From Phoronis australis (Eukaryota > Animalia > Phoronida), in NCBI GenBank assembly GCA_002633005.1, contig NMRA01000052.1, positions 85,583 to 149,582 of the forward strand: DNA of 64,000 nucleotides, in the 5' to 3' direction. This document shows, in pieces, positions 39,737 through 50,472 of the stretch (the first letter of the stretch is position 1; every line of letters begins with the position of its first letter). The notes beneath the pieces are model-generated. The model made no database searches. It saw nothing but the letters and a program-made list of their open reading frames with translations, and was not told where the DNA came from. The translations under genes were made by a program, and so were the position numbers.

Positions 39737-42700
39737 GTAAGGGTGTGTTTCATTTTAATATTCCATCAACTGGAGTAGGGGAGATACTTTGGCTCAGTGG
39801 TTAGAGCACCGGTCTCTCGCTTGGGAGACCTGGATTCAAATCCTGGCTTCACTGGCCGACATTCGAGTATTCCTCTAAGCTCGGTCTTACTTGTGAATTT
39901 GTGCAAGGGAGTGAATGAGAACCTGGATACAATGCGAAAGCGATTTCTGGGGCTGTGCTCATATTTAAAAAAAAATAGTAATACTTCCCTCTTAAGCCGC
40001 TTAAGCTACAAATTTTGAAAGTATTGTTCATATGCAGTGCTGTAGTGGTAAAATCTGAGGTAAGTTGGCGCCCAATGCCCACCGTATCACCATGAGCATT
40101 GAATTTTAAAAGTGCACTGGATTTGCAAAACCTGACTGTCAAACATTTAGGCCTATTTTTTGACGAGTGCATGGGTATTTACTTCGTGTCTGCATTGACG
40201 AATCTAGGATGTCGCAGAAATCGGCCCAAACACACATGTAAGAAGGCAGAGGTCCGCGTGCATTGCAAGCGGTCTCTGAAGGGGGAAAAACACAATTTTA
40301 AAGGAACATAAGCGCGTAACGCTCAGAAACGATTTGCTGGCGGCGTTTTTAGTCGCCCGTGGGTGTGTTCTCGGGGCCCTTCGGTTCCCCTTTATCCGTC
40401 TATGGTATGACACCATAACTGTTACTTTATCTTAAAATATTAATCTAAAATTTCATTACTCGGCGAACATATGTTATTCTGTATGCTTCAAACCCTAATT
40501 ACACAAACACGATGTTACACAAGTTCATATTTTATCCCGGATCCCATGAGCTACGTTTTGGGCCGGCCCGAGATGCTCATACTAGAGCAGAACGACTGCT
40601 GATCTTTGTCAAATGAACGCCACTCCACGTTCACAACAACTCTTTGAATAAATTATCTAGGACGTATGATCACCTGCGCTGGAATATTCGGCAACAAATG
40701 CTGCCGTCGGCGTAGCAGTGCATCAATACCGTAAGCTAATCAAGACTACGTCCCGGCGCCACTTAATTTGCTACGGCGCTACGTTAAAGTTGTAAGAAGA
40801 TGGTTGGCTGTGCCTACGCCCCCCCCCCCCNCCCCCTGTAACGTAACTTATGGTGCGTAGGCGCTACATTTAAATGCCAAAAGGTGGTTGGTTGCGCCTA
40901 CGTGCGCCTACGTGCGCCTACGTGCGCCTACGCTCCACTACAGCACTGTTCATAGGTCTCATTCACATCAAACCAAGTAGACGATATAGTGCGTATCCTG
41001 GATTTAAAATGAATCTCACGTTGATCAAACCATGTTTGGGCGGGCCTAGTCTGAGTAGATTCCGTCCTTCTGACAAGAATGGCAGGGAATGTTGGGTGTC
41101 GCGTAATAATTCTAATTATGATAAAAAATATCTATCATTCACCTAGTTAGTCCAAGTATGGATAAACACAAAAGATGGCATTGTTGCAACATTGTATCAG
41201 GAGGTGTGTATTGTAATGCAGATAATGCAGCGCTCAAATACATGGAAAGCCAAAGCAATCAAAATCCAGGAACAAATTTTCTATTCTGACAGGACCAAAA
41301 ATGTACGCAAAACTAGAATTTATTGCGCCAGAGGCCTATAATTTAAAACGTCAGGACCAAAATTTAACAAGACGTCAGGACCGAAAATTTATCAGGGCAC
41401 AAAATTTATTGCGTCGGGAAAATTTCACACGTCAGGTAAATTTCACGTCAAGAAAATTTCATGCCAGCAGACCAAATCCACGTCAACAGAAGCCAATGTT
41501 GGACACAATAGACTTGAATACAACCGAATAGAAACACAGACAGGTGATCGTCATTTTCCCGTGGTCTCCTAGCAAGAAAAAATTTCCTGGCAAGAATTTT
41601 TCTCCTGGCATGAAATTTTCTCCTGGCAAGAATTTTTGTCCCGGCATGAAATAGATAAATTCTAGGCCGTGGTGTGATAAATTTTGTATCCTGGCGTGAT
41701 AAATTTTCGTTCCTGACGTTATAAATTATAGGTTTTGGCGCTTTAAATTTGGTTTTGAGGTTTTGAGTATATTTTTTCTGGTCTTGCTTAGACTTTTTAC
41801 TCTTGAATTGGAAATTCGTGCCCTGGATTTTTTCCGTTTTCGCAAACGCATTGGTAATTTTGCTTTTGATGCCTGATTTTACAAAATACTGCCATACTTT
41901 AGTTCCATCTGGAAATACCACATGTGGTAACATGGGAGATAAGTCTGACCAGATATCAGTTGGTTTGCTAGATAAATGTCCAAGTGCTTTGAACGGAAAG
42001 AAGGAATGGTGACCGCTAGAGGAACATGTTTTATTTATTGGTTTCAGGGATGACACAGATTGAGAAAAACACTTTAATGAGATGCCATAAACTGTTAGTG
42101 GAGAACGTGAATGTTCGAGACATCGTCCCCAAACTAACCGAGAACAAGGTGTTGATGCCTGCTGATAAAATCATGATGGATAGCGGACGGACAGGAGCTG
42201 ATAAAATGAAAATGCTACTGGGCATCCTTCCCACACGGGAGCATAATGCATTCCACGCACTGAGTGAAAGCCTTAAACCAAAATATCAGTTCATTCACGA
42301 GGAGCTGGAAACGACCAAGCAGATGACAGAGAAGGAGAACCAAACTTGTACACGATTAGGTATCAAATGTTTGGTTTGGGCACGGGTCTAATCTCCGACC
42401 TTGAACTCGGAATTATTTTTGACAATTCCTGTTCTACTTTGGTACAATCTCAAGATAAATGTCTTCGAGTATTTTCTCAAGTTGGCCTAGCAATATCATG
42501 ATTTACGCAGCGCAGATGAGTTTCCAGTACTTGATGACCCCTTATAAACTTAAGATCAAATTCGAAAGTTTGAGTTCAGATCAAAATTTATACTAGAGTC
42601 AGTCATTAAGTGCAAATCTGTAGAAAAATTTTGGAGTTCGAATTAGATTTCGGAACTTAGATTGATTTTCCTATTTCTCCCACATTTTTGAGAAGGTGAA

Positions 42701-45700
42701 TCGATTGAGTGAACATTATTTTCATGACGTCATCAATTAAAATTTCAAGATTTTCCGATTAGTCATACAATATTTACAACTGTACGTTTTTTAAACAATA
42801 TGTATGTATTGTTTTTTTAAGTTTAAATTGTCTAAATAGTGAAATTGTCATTGTCTTTAAAATATCACTTAATATACTTTTGTACCCCACCCTCTAAGAT
42901 ATTCCTGATGATTGAAGTCCAGTTTGATATGTGTCCACCAGATGGCATACTGTAACAAGCGTGATTTCGCTTGAAGATCTTGTCCCAAAATCTTAGGATA
43001 TTTACTGTTGCAGATCTCATCCACAGTCTGAGTGACCAACTCAAGGTGTTCTACAAGCAAATCACTACGCGATGGATAATGATCTTATGGTATAAAGACC
43101 GACCGGTTGATCTAGGCGAAGTATACACAGAACTTGGAGTTATTGACCCAACAGGGTAAAAGCATGTTTTGTAGAATAAACACCAAACTACTCTAGTCCT
43201 ACATCTATTTGTAACACAGGTTTTGGAAAATGTGTTACATTATTACAGGCTGACGGAAACCAAACGATTGTTGGAAATCAAATTCTCAGATCTCTATGTT
43301 GCGTTGGTGCCGACGGAAAACTGCACAACTGTGTACTTCAGTCTCCTCAGGCACGTTCGTCTAGTTTTGGCGCCAATGCCATTTTGCATTAAAGACGCAT
43401 GGAACGCGAAGCCTCGTTAAAAATACCCTTTAAAAATCATGACAAAGGTACCATCTCGCATCTCACTTTTACCTGTGAGGGAATTATCACGAAACATCAC
43501 AAAATTCACGATTTTTGAAATACGTGCGAAGGAAAAACTCTGTGGTCACCACAGAGTTTCAAATCTTCCCCCTCTTATGATAAATGCACGTATGCTCTCA
43601 CAGTCATTCGACAAACAGCTGTAGCTATAACCAGGGCCCAATTGCGTAAAAGTTATACGCCGTATAGCAACAATGACGTCGCATTATCACGCGTCACGTT
43701 GTTATTGTTGAACAATGCACGTGACGTCATGCAACAATCTAACTAGCGGGTAACTTTTGAAGGTGTATGCAACTCAGCCCTCATGGATATTAATGGAAGA
43801 TTATCATGTGTTATGGCACTCCGAATTTGAGGTCGACAGCATAGTATGAGGCAAGTCAGTGGAGCAATAGATTTCCCAAAGAGAATTACATGTGCATTTT
43901 ATAATGTATTTGAATACTGCAATACTTTTGTAACTAACTTTAAACATCTATTACCTCTTAATCTGGCTGCTGCTTGAAGTCCCATTCTTTTGTTTACATC
44001 AAAGGTCAAAAGGCACAGTTTTCAAATACAAGGGAAATATGCTACGTCTATGTCTTGCAATACCAAATAAAGAGACGGGCTTTGCCTTGTTCAGAAAAAT
44101 CAACGAAATGACAAGCAGATGTTTTTTTTTTGAAATTTGAAACTAAAAGGAAAATGCTTTGGCATCAACAGAAATTGAAAAATTTTAGGAGAAAACTGTG
44201 AAAACATCTGGTGAAATCGTTGAATTCTGTTTCAGTGGCAGAGAACCACTTTGAATAGAGCGGCAGTTTAATTTGTTTCTCTTTAAAAGTTCAAGGTGGT
44301 TCACTATTGAGGTAATGGCAGCCCTTCGATAAATTGCATTGATGAAAGGTTATGCCAATGTCTTCACAATATATTCGACAACACACAGCCCGTAAAGATT
44401 TGGAAGAAAGATAAGTTTTGTGCTTGCGTGGATTTAGTTTATTTCCTAGTTTGAAACGCGTACTTCTTGGCATACGCAAGCAACGTTTTGTAATGTACCT
44501 ATAACGAGTACATTTCGAAAAAAGACTACTGAATTCGAAAAATTTTTTAATTGATTCTGCTTTTAGATACAAAGTGTCACCGGAAAACTTATTATCCACG
44601 TATCCAATGTGTAAACAGCCGCGGCGTATTCTCCTCCAAGGGGAAAGTGGGTCAGGAAAATCCTCGTTTTGCAAGAAGATTATTAATGATTGGTCAAAGA
44701 GTGAAGATCCCATCTTTGAAGACAAAATTTTTCTGGTGATGTATTTAGACGTGTCGAAAGCTATGACAACAAGTTTAAAGGAAACTTTGTACCAGCAACT
44801 GGTTCTTCCAGTTGGTAGCAAAATATTACGTGAAGACTTCTGGCAGTTAGTGATCAACCATCAAAACAGGATTTTATTTATTGTAGACGGTTCACACAGG
44901 GGGTGTGCGGAGAAGGAGAATGCCTTTTTTGACGTATTAGTAAAGGGGCAACTCAGACAATGTTATTTAATTTGGGTTTGCACTCTAGAGAAGCAGCCGG
45001 AATACGCTCGTTTCTTCGACGAAACTGTTACATGTTTTGGGTTTTCCGAAAGTAAGCAAGAACAGTTCGTCCGTAGATACAGCCAAGTGAGTGGATCTTC
45101 AATCGAAAGCTTCACACGATTACTCAACAAATTAACCTGTGAATCACAAGTGAATATTCGCGTGTTCGCCCAGCGACCTCTCCAACTTGCTTGCTTGTGC
45201 GCAATAAGTGAAGCCCACATGTCGCTTAATGTCAAAACAGAAACTGCATTGTTTCAAGCGTTTGTTGAAGCCTTGATGAGATTGTATTGTGATCGCTGTC
45301 TTATTAATACCAGTGGTGGCAAATTCCCTCGTTATATTGTACACACGTTAGAGGAACTCTATGCCCTGTCCTTCCGGTCTCTTTGTGACCGAAAAACTGT
45401 GATGGAGGCCGGCGATCCAAAAGTGAAATATTGCAGTGAATTGATGCTGAAGTTTGGGCTTTTGCATGAGTTTTCACTGTATAAAGGCCGCAACCAGTCT
45501 GTAGAGGCATTAGTCTTTAGTCACCGAGCACTGCAGGAATTCTTAGCAACAAAGCACCTAGCAAATTTGGAAGGCACTCAGTTTAACTTACACAGATCCA
45601 AAATAACCACGGATCCAATTCTCCGCAATGTTTGTAAATTTTACTGCGGTCTCAAAAGCACGGACGTCACCACATTGAATAGTGCCATAATAAACGACAT

Positions 45701-46877
45701 TTTCAATGAACTAGCTGAACAAAATACGAAGCAGGGGATAAATAGTGTGGCTCAGTCGTCCAAACCATACGGCAAGAAAAAAAGCACAGGCACGGTTTGC
45801 GGCATGCTAACAAATTATCAGACAAGTCTGGAGTGTCTTGGGGAATGCAACATGCGCGAAGACATTGTAAAGACCGTTGGCGCATCTTTTCCAGGAAAAG
45901 TGACCTACAAATGCCGAGATTTTCCTTCAACTCTCGGAATGATAGGCTTTAGTGATTTGGTACGAAGCAATTGTTCGCTGATAACAGAGCTTCACCTAAA
46001 GCTTGACGAGCTTCATCATATGAGGTTGGAAGTGCTACTGATGGTAGCTAGTGCGTTGCAAGAGAGTGGCCATATTACGGCTCTGCAGTTGCTGTGGTCG
46101 TCGAAGCAAATGCTTGCCGTTTTCCTATCAAGAGTGTTTGGCAACAACACATCACTCAGGGCAATTCGATGCAAAGATGAAAGTGTGATAGAGGATTCCA
46201 CGAAAACGTCAGCATGCGTGTTGGCAGACATGCAGGCAGCTTGCAAAAATATGAAATGTATCAGCGAAGTTTCATTCACCTACTGCTCAAACTCATCTCT
46301 CGTAAACAATGTCATACGCAATCTCCTAGCCTCCGTTCAGGTCCTTAACCTCGAAGGTTGTACTCTTAACATGTCGTGTGCAGATGAACTCGGTCTGTTT
46401 TTAGGCAGAACTGCAGGTCTCCAGTCGCTTATTCTCTGCCAGGTGACGCTGCTGAGTACCGTGATAAATCCGATCATGAACTCTCTCAGAACGAACCATA
46501 CTGTTAAGGAACTAAATCTTTCGGAAACGAGATTGGACCAGCATTGTGTGAATGCTGTCACAGAAATGCTTAGGTTCAACAGCACGATTGTTCTCTTGAA
46601 TCTTAGCAAGAACACGCTATCTGTCGAAAACTGCGAACGTTTGCAAGATGTGCTCAGTGAAGACAATAAAAGTGTACAAGAACTCGACCTTACAGAAATT
46701 TCAACTAACTTGGACGGACACAAAATCCTTCGTAAACTTAAACAAGCGAGGGTTGGTGTAATAGGAATACAATCACGGGACACGGATCGTGAGTCTCAGA
46801 CCCAAAGGGAACTCCATCCAAAAACGCAGACGATGACATTCGGATTGGGAATGGGTGGGAAGGGTATATTTACATAG
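38962..46877 (+). CDS. NOD-like receptor, HEPN(DZIP3-like)-CARD-NACHT-LRR, 1179 aa: join(38962..39736,42048..42359,43014..43155,44567..46877)
   Basis: Splicing gives 3540 nt in one frame (phases 1,1,2). NACHT Walker A GESGSGKS, winged-helix FSHRALQEFLA, C-terminal RI-like LRRs (LNLEGCTL, LNLSETRL, LNLSKNTL, LDLTEIS). Confidence 0.88.
39778..39925 (+). mobile_element. tRNA-derived SINE in NLR intron 1
   Basis: tggctcagtgg A box, ggattcaaatcc B box; same body as the 26680 copy. Confidence 0.75.
41250..41835. repeat. Foldback-like inverted repeat with internal cgtcagg/aaaattt subrepeats (NLR intron 1)
   Basis: cctataattta.aacgtcagga..aaaattt versus aaattttcgttcctgacgttataaattatagg; short repeated modules in each arm. 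Confidence 0.7.
42048..42359 (+). CDS. NLR exon 2: CARD (death-fold) domain
   Basis: MT..EK..L.R....LV.......IV..L....VL...D........T..DK...LL.ILPTR...AF..L..SL...Y..I..EL CARD pattern; symmetrical phase-1 exon (tttcag / gtatca). Confidence 0.85.
43014..43155 (+). CDS. NLR exon 3: pre-NACHT segment (LSDQLKVFY...VDLGEVYTELGVI)
   Basis: L..VYT.L motif preceding NACHT domains; tgcag acceptor, gtaaaa donor. Confidence 0.8.
44567..46877 (+). CDS. NLR exon 4: NACHT + helical domains + LRRs
   Basis: 767-aa ORF; ttttag acceptor at 44565-44566; Walker A, WHD and LRR motifs. Confidence 0.93.
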
Positions 46878-47010
46878 GTCTAACGTCCAGTCCGTGTTTG
46901 GTAAACTTTCATAATGCAGCAATCTTTCGTAAGTGCGTCGAGCAAATGCAGACAACACTTCATGATGCACCTAAAACACTTTGGCTAAACATCCAGTTAA
47001 TTAAAATAAA

Positions 47011-47590
47011 TTGTCTGCCGTTGACAGTACAGTCGTCTTTCTGAGCTTCATTGCCGGCCTCACTGAAATGGCGTGCGAGAATAATACAGTCCTTTCCAAG
47101 ATACCTAAACTACACGGCAGTGTTGATGAAAGTTCAATCTGGAAACCTCCCAGCCAACTGGGGTGTCTTCCGATCACGCCACCCTCATCATGTAGTGATC
47201 TGGTCTTTTGTACCTGGCCACGCCGGTGTCTTGATTATTGAGCGTGCAGATTACCTCGCTGGCTCATGCACCACCAACCAACCCCTCTACTTATATTCGG
47301 CTGACGTTAAGCTGCTGGCCCGCAAACGCAACCTCGAGCAGACTGCATCCCAACTGGCTGAGTTCAATGATGGCAGCCGCCTGCTCGAAGCCGGTATTAT
47401 TTATGGCCATGCTGCGAAGAGTCACAAGAAGAGCCGTGCCCGAGTGCTGTCTAATCAAATGCTTACAGGCAGCGTCAGCCCTGGAGTTCTGCGCCTTCTG
47501 CTGTCGCGGGGATGGTCTGGGGAGGGGATTAATGCACCAGCATATCCCCAGTGATCCTGTCCGTGACAGGTATTACAGGTATTACAGGTA
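47011..47590 (+). mobile_element. Degenerate non-LTR retrotransposon 3' end with RNase H fragment
   Basis: WSFVPGHAGVLIIERADYLAG matches the RNase H motif W.PGH.G..GNE.AD.LA; ends in a short (tattacagg)n tail. Confidence 0.7.
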
Positions 47591-47593
47591 CTA

Positions 47594-48012
47594 CACGGTT
47601 AACGGACTAATAAACACGGTCACGGACGCATGAACACGACTCACGGACCTGCAAACACCGTCCACTGACTCACAAACACGGAAACGGACTCACAAAACAC
47701 GATCCATTCACCCAAATACACAGGACATGGACTCACATTCATGAAGAAATACGGTTTAACGGACCGCCAAACACGGTTTACGGACAAAATGTAGATGTCA
47801 GCTGACCCAGGAAGTCGATGAGTCGGTGACCCGTGTTTGGCGGTCCGTTAACCGTGTTTCCTCGTGAATATGAGTTCGTGTCCTGTGTATTTGGGTGAAT
47901 GGATCATGTTTTGCGAGTCCGTTTCCGTGTTTGTGAGTCAGTGGACGGTGTTTGCAGGTCCGTGAGTCGTGTTCATGCGTCCGTGACCGTATTTATGAGT
48001 CCGTTAACCGTG
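47594..48012. mobile_element. Palindromic MITE, ~190-bp inverted arms, TA TSD
   Basis: ta|cacggttaacggact...agtccgttaaccgtg|ta; arms near-perfectly complementary around a ~45-bp loop. Confidence 0.88.
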
Positions 48013-48853
48013 TAGTTTAGATATCTTGCTTTCTCAGTGAGTGTCATTATACGCATACAAGAACAAAAAGCCTACATGAGCGCATGACACTTAGCGCGAG
48101 TGCAATATACATGTACATGTAGACCTTATTGTTGATAGCGGTCATGCCGCAAAGCCGAATACGTTGTTAAATCAGATTTTGGCCTAATCGTAGTAAAAAT
48201 ATTAAAAATCAGCACAACTACGTAGCTTTTTACTAAAAGTCTAGATTTAACTCAGAAAAGTACATTTATTATTTTCTGACAGTAAAAGTCTATAAAATTT
48301 CATTTTTGATTTGTATCCAGTCATTAGTTTGGTCATGTGATTTTGAATTATTAGTAAAATTTAGCAAAAAACAAAGGTACACTGAGGTAAAACAATGTTC
48401 AAAATGATATAGACGTTGAAGATGAGAGCTCGAAGACGCTGTTACAGTTTTCGAAAGTATCATTTCGTCTTCGTATCTACAACTTTAATTTTTTTCGTAA
48501 ATATCATGAAGTGTTCTTTTGACAACCGTCATGCAAAAGTAGAACATTTAAAAACAATGCGTAGAATAGTTTTTTAATACAGCATTTGACAGTTTCACGT
48601 GAATCCGATCAGCCATTAATTGATCTCTAAGATATAATGTTCGGAATTCAGCAAACAAGTAATCTGGCTAAAATTTAAACATAATGGCGTCAGAATCACG
48701 TAGTAAGAAGATAGGAGGAAGGTAAAAATATTTGGCTACAACTCTCCTCCCACCACCTCGTTTCAGTTTCAGCTTTAGCTTCTCTCCAATTTAGTGAATA
48801 TTTCGCCTGTGGCGTCACTCTGCGTGCCTACTGCCTGGTTATTGTTAGAAGTG

Positions 48854-49966
48854 TTACCCGACAAAAACTGGGTTTTCATAGTAGCCCAATCCTCTCCTTT
48901 TTGTTCGGCAATCGACCTGATTTCCGCTGTTCGCACTAGTTCGGGTTTCTGGAGTGTCTGACATCTCGCGATGTTTCTTACGGAAAAAGATAGAGCGCAG
49001 ACTTTCCCGGAATGTTCTTCCCACAAAAGAGTAAATCAGGAAGTTTGAAGCGGAATTGACCGTTAGCAATAAATTGCTAATTGCCATGAATTTGATTCGG
49101 AATTCTCTCTGTTCTTTTGTCTTCTCTGTGCGCCATAATATCTGAAGCCCGAGGTCGGGCGCTATGCAAGTAACGAACATAGCAACAACCACGACTAACA
49201 TGAGCGTCGTACTGGATTCTTTACGATGTGACGAACAGTTGAGCTCCAGCTGGCGCCGAATTTTCATATTCTGGCGCACCGTCTGTACAAGCCGATAGTT
49301 GAAAACCACTAATACCAGAACAGGTACCACGTACATCACCAAAATGTAGAGAACGATGCCGTAAGCAATGTAATAAATTCGTCCATTGTAAAAGTCCGTG
49401 TTCATGAATTGCTCGACAGTGCGGTTCGTACTGCTGTCATGAACAATTTCAACTTTGTAATCCCAAAATCGTGGAATGTTGTACACACACGAGCAGACGA
49501 CAACTAAGAGAGCGAGTTGCCAAGCCCGGGATGCCGAGCGCACGCTGGAAATCACAACTGGACGAGAGATGACGTGGTAGCGATCACAGGCTACCATCAC
49601 AACGAGGTAGGTGCCACACGTTTGTGTCATGAACCACACTGGAAAGAGGTAAACTTGTACAAAAGGGAAGGCATCCATATAACTTTGAAAAAGTCCATAG
49701 TGCCTGTTAAAAGCAGGAATGCTGTGGTATAAGATACTTCCGAGCAAAAATAAGGTGTCCGAAATGGCCAAAACTCTCAAATACACAGTCGTTGAATTAC
49801 TCGTCTTGTAGCTGGTCAAAACAATCCAAGCTAATACATTTCCAGCGCAACCGAACAACGATATTATTGACTGTAGCAAACCTTCTGTAACAAAAATGAA
49901 GATTTCATTGCCGTAATTCCAAACTCTGTTCTGTTCTGTTAAGTCAGTGTAATTATCTGAAGGCAT
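48854..49966 (-). CDS. Class A peptide GPCR, FMRFamide-receptor-like (FMRFaR/SPR/myosuppressin-receptor group), 370 aa, intronless CDS
   Basis: Seven hydrophobic segments; GN in TM1, LAISD in TM2, CDRY after TM3, YNIPRFW in TM4, NSASNFLIY in TM7, F/R helix 8; N-glycosylation sequons; a 5'-UTR acceptor near 50051. Confidence 0.93.
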   Translation of the reverse strand: MPSDNYTDLTEQNRVWNYGNEIFIFVTEGLLQSIISLFGCAGNVLAWIVLTSYKTSNSTTVYLRVLAISDTLFLLGSILYHSIPAFNRHYGLFQSYMDAFPFVQVYLFPVWFMTQTCGTYLVVMVACDRYHVISRPVVISSVRSASRAWQLALLVVVCSCVYNIPRFWDYKVEIVHDSSTNRTVEQFMNTDFYNGRIYYIAYGIVLYILVMYVVPVLVLVVFNYRLVQTVRQNMKIRRQLELNCSSHRKESSTTLMLVVVVAMFVTCIAPDLGLQILWRTEKTKEQREFRIKFMAISNLLLTVNSASNFLIYSFVGRTFRESLRSIFFRKKHREMSDTPETRTSANSGNQVDCRTKRRGLGYYENPVFVG

Positions 49967-50435
49967 TTTCCTCCAATAATGTTTTCACGATCACATGAAG
50001 ATTGAAGTGACCTTCCCTGTAATCTTCAAAGTGGAATTGACGGAGAAACCCTGAAATGAAGCGGTAAGTCAGTTATTTCGTACTTATGAGAGCTTTGACC
50101 ATAATTCTTGAAAGGCTTATTGTTGTTCTATGCGACATACGCAGCGATAACAGTGCTCCCACATGATTGGTCATTCCCGAGGAAACTGAGCAGCCGACTT
50201 ATTGTCATATCTTTCCTAGAAGACAATTCATTTACGATTACCATGACATCGAATAAGTAAATGATTTTTCCTTGACAACTCATAACGAAGGTCAAAATGT
50301 TATCTCGGTATTATTGGTCTTACAAATGATGCACTTCGAGTGCTAAGCACACGTGTCTGTATAGCCAACGACGCTGAATCTCACCAATTGCAATTTGTAT
50401 ATAGTGCCATAAACCACTGTGTCATTTGGTGAAAC

Positions 50436-50472
50436 CATAGATTATAGACGACAGAATGTATTATAGTCTATG
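50436..50472. mobile_element. 37-bp minimal derivative of the CATAGA MITE family
   Basis: catagattatag...ttatagtctatg flanked by gtgaaac / gtgaaat. Confidence 0.65.

Noticed and set aside
39737-39804. C-terminal extension of the 280-aa ORF as a stand-alone HEPN protein
   Set aside because: The ORF runs past a good donor into intron and SINE sequence; splicing at 39736 joins in frame to the CARD exon.
41448-42056. 202-aa minus-strand ORF
   Set aside because: Arises from low-complexity foldback repeat arms; no recognisable domain.
44291-46783. Several antisense ORFs over the NACHT-LRR exon
   Set aside because: Shadow ORFs of a long coding exon; no independent domain signal.
48775-49026. Alternative-frame GPCR C-tail suggesting a frameshift
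   Set aside because: The main ORF is complete through helix 8 with a normal tail; no evidence of a slippage site or sequencing error.
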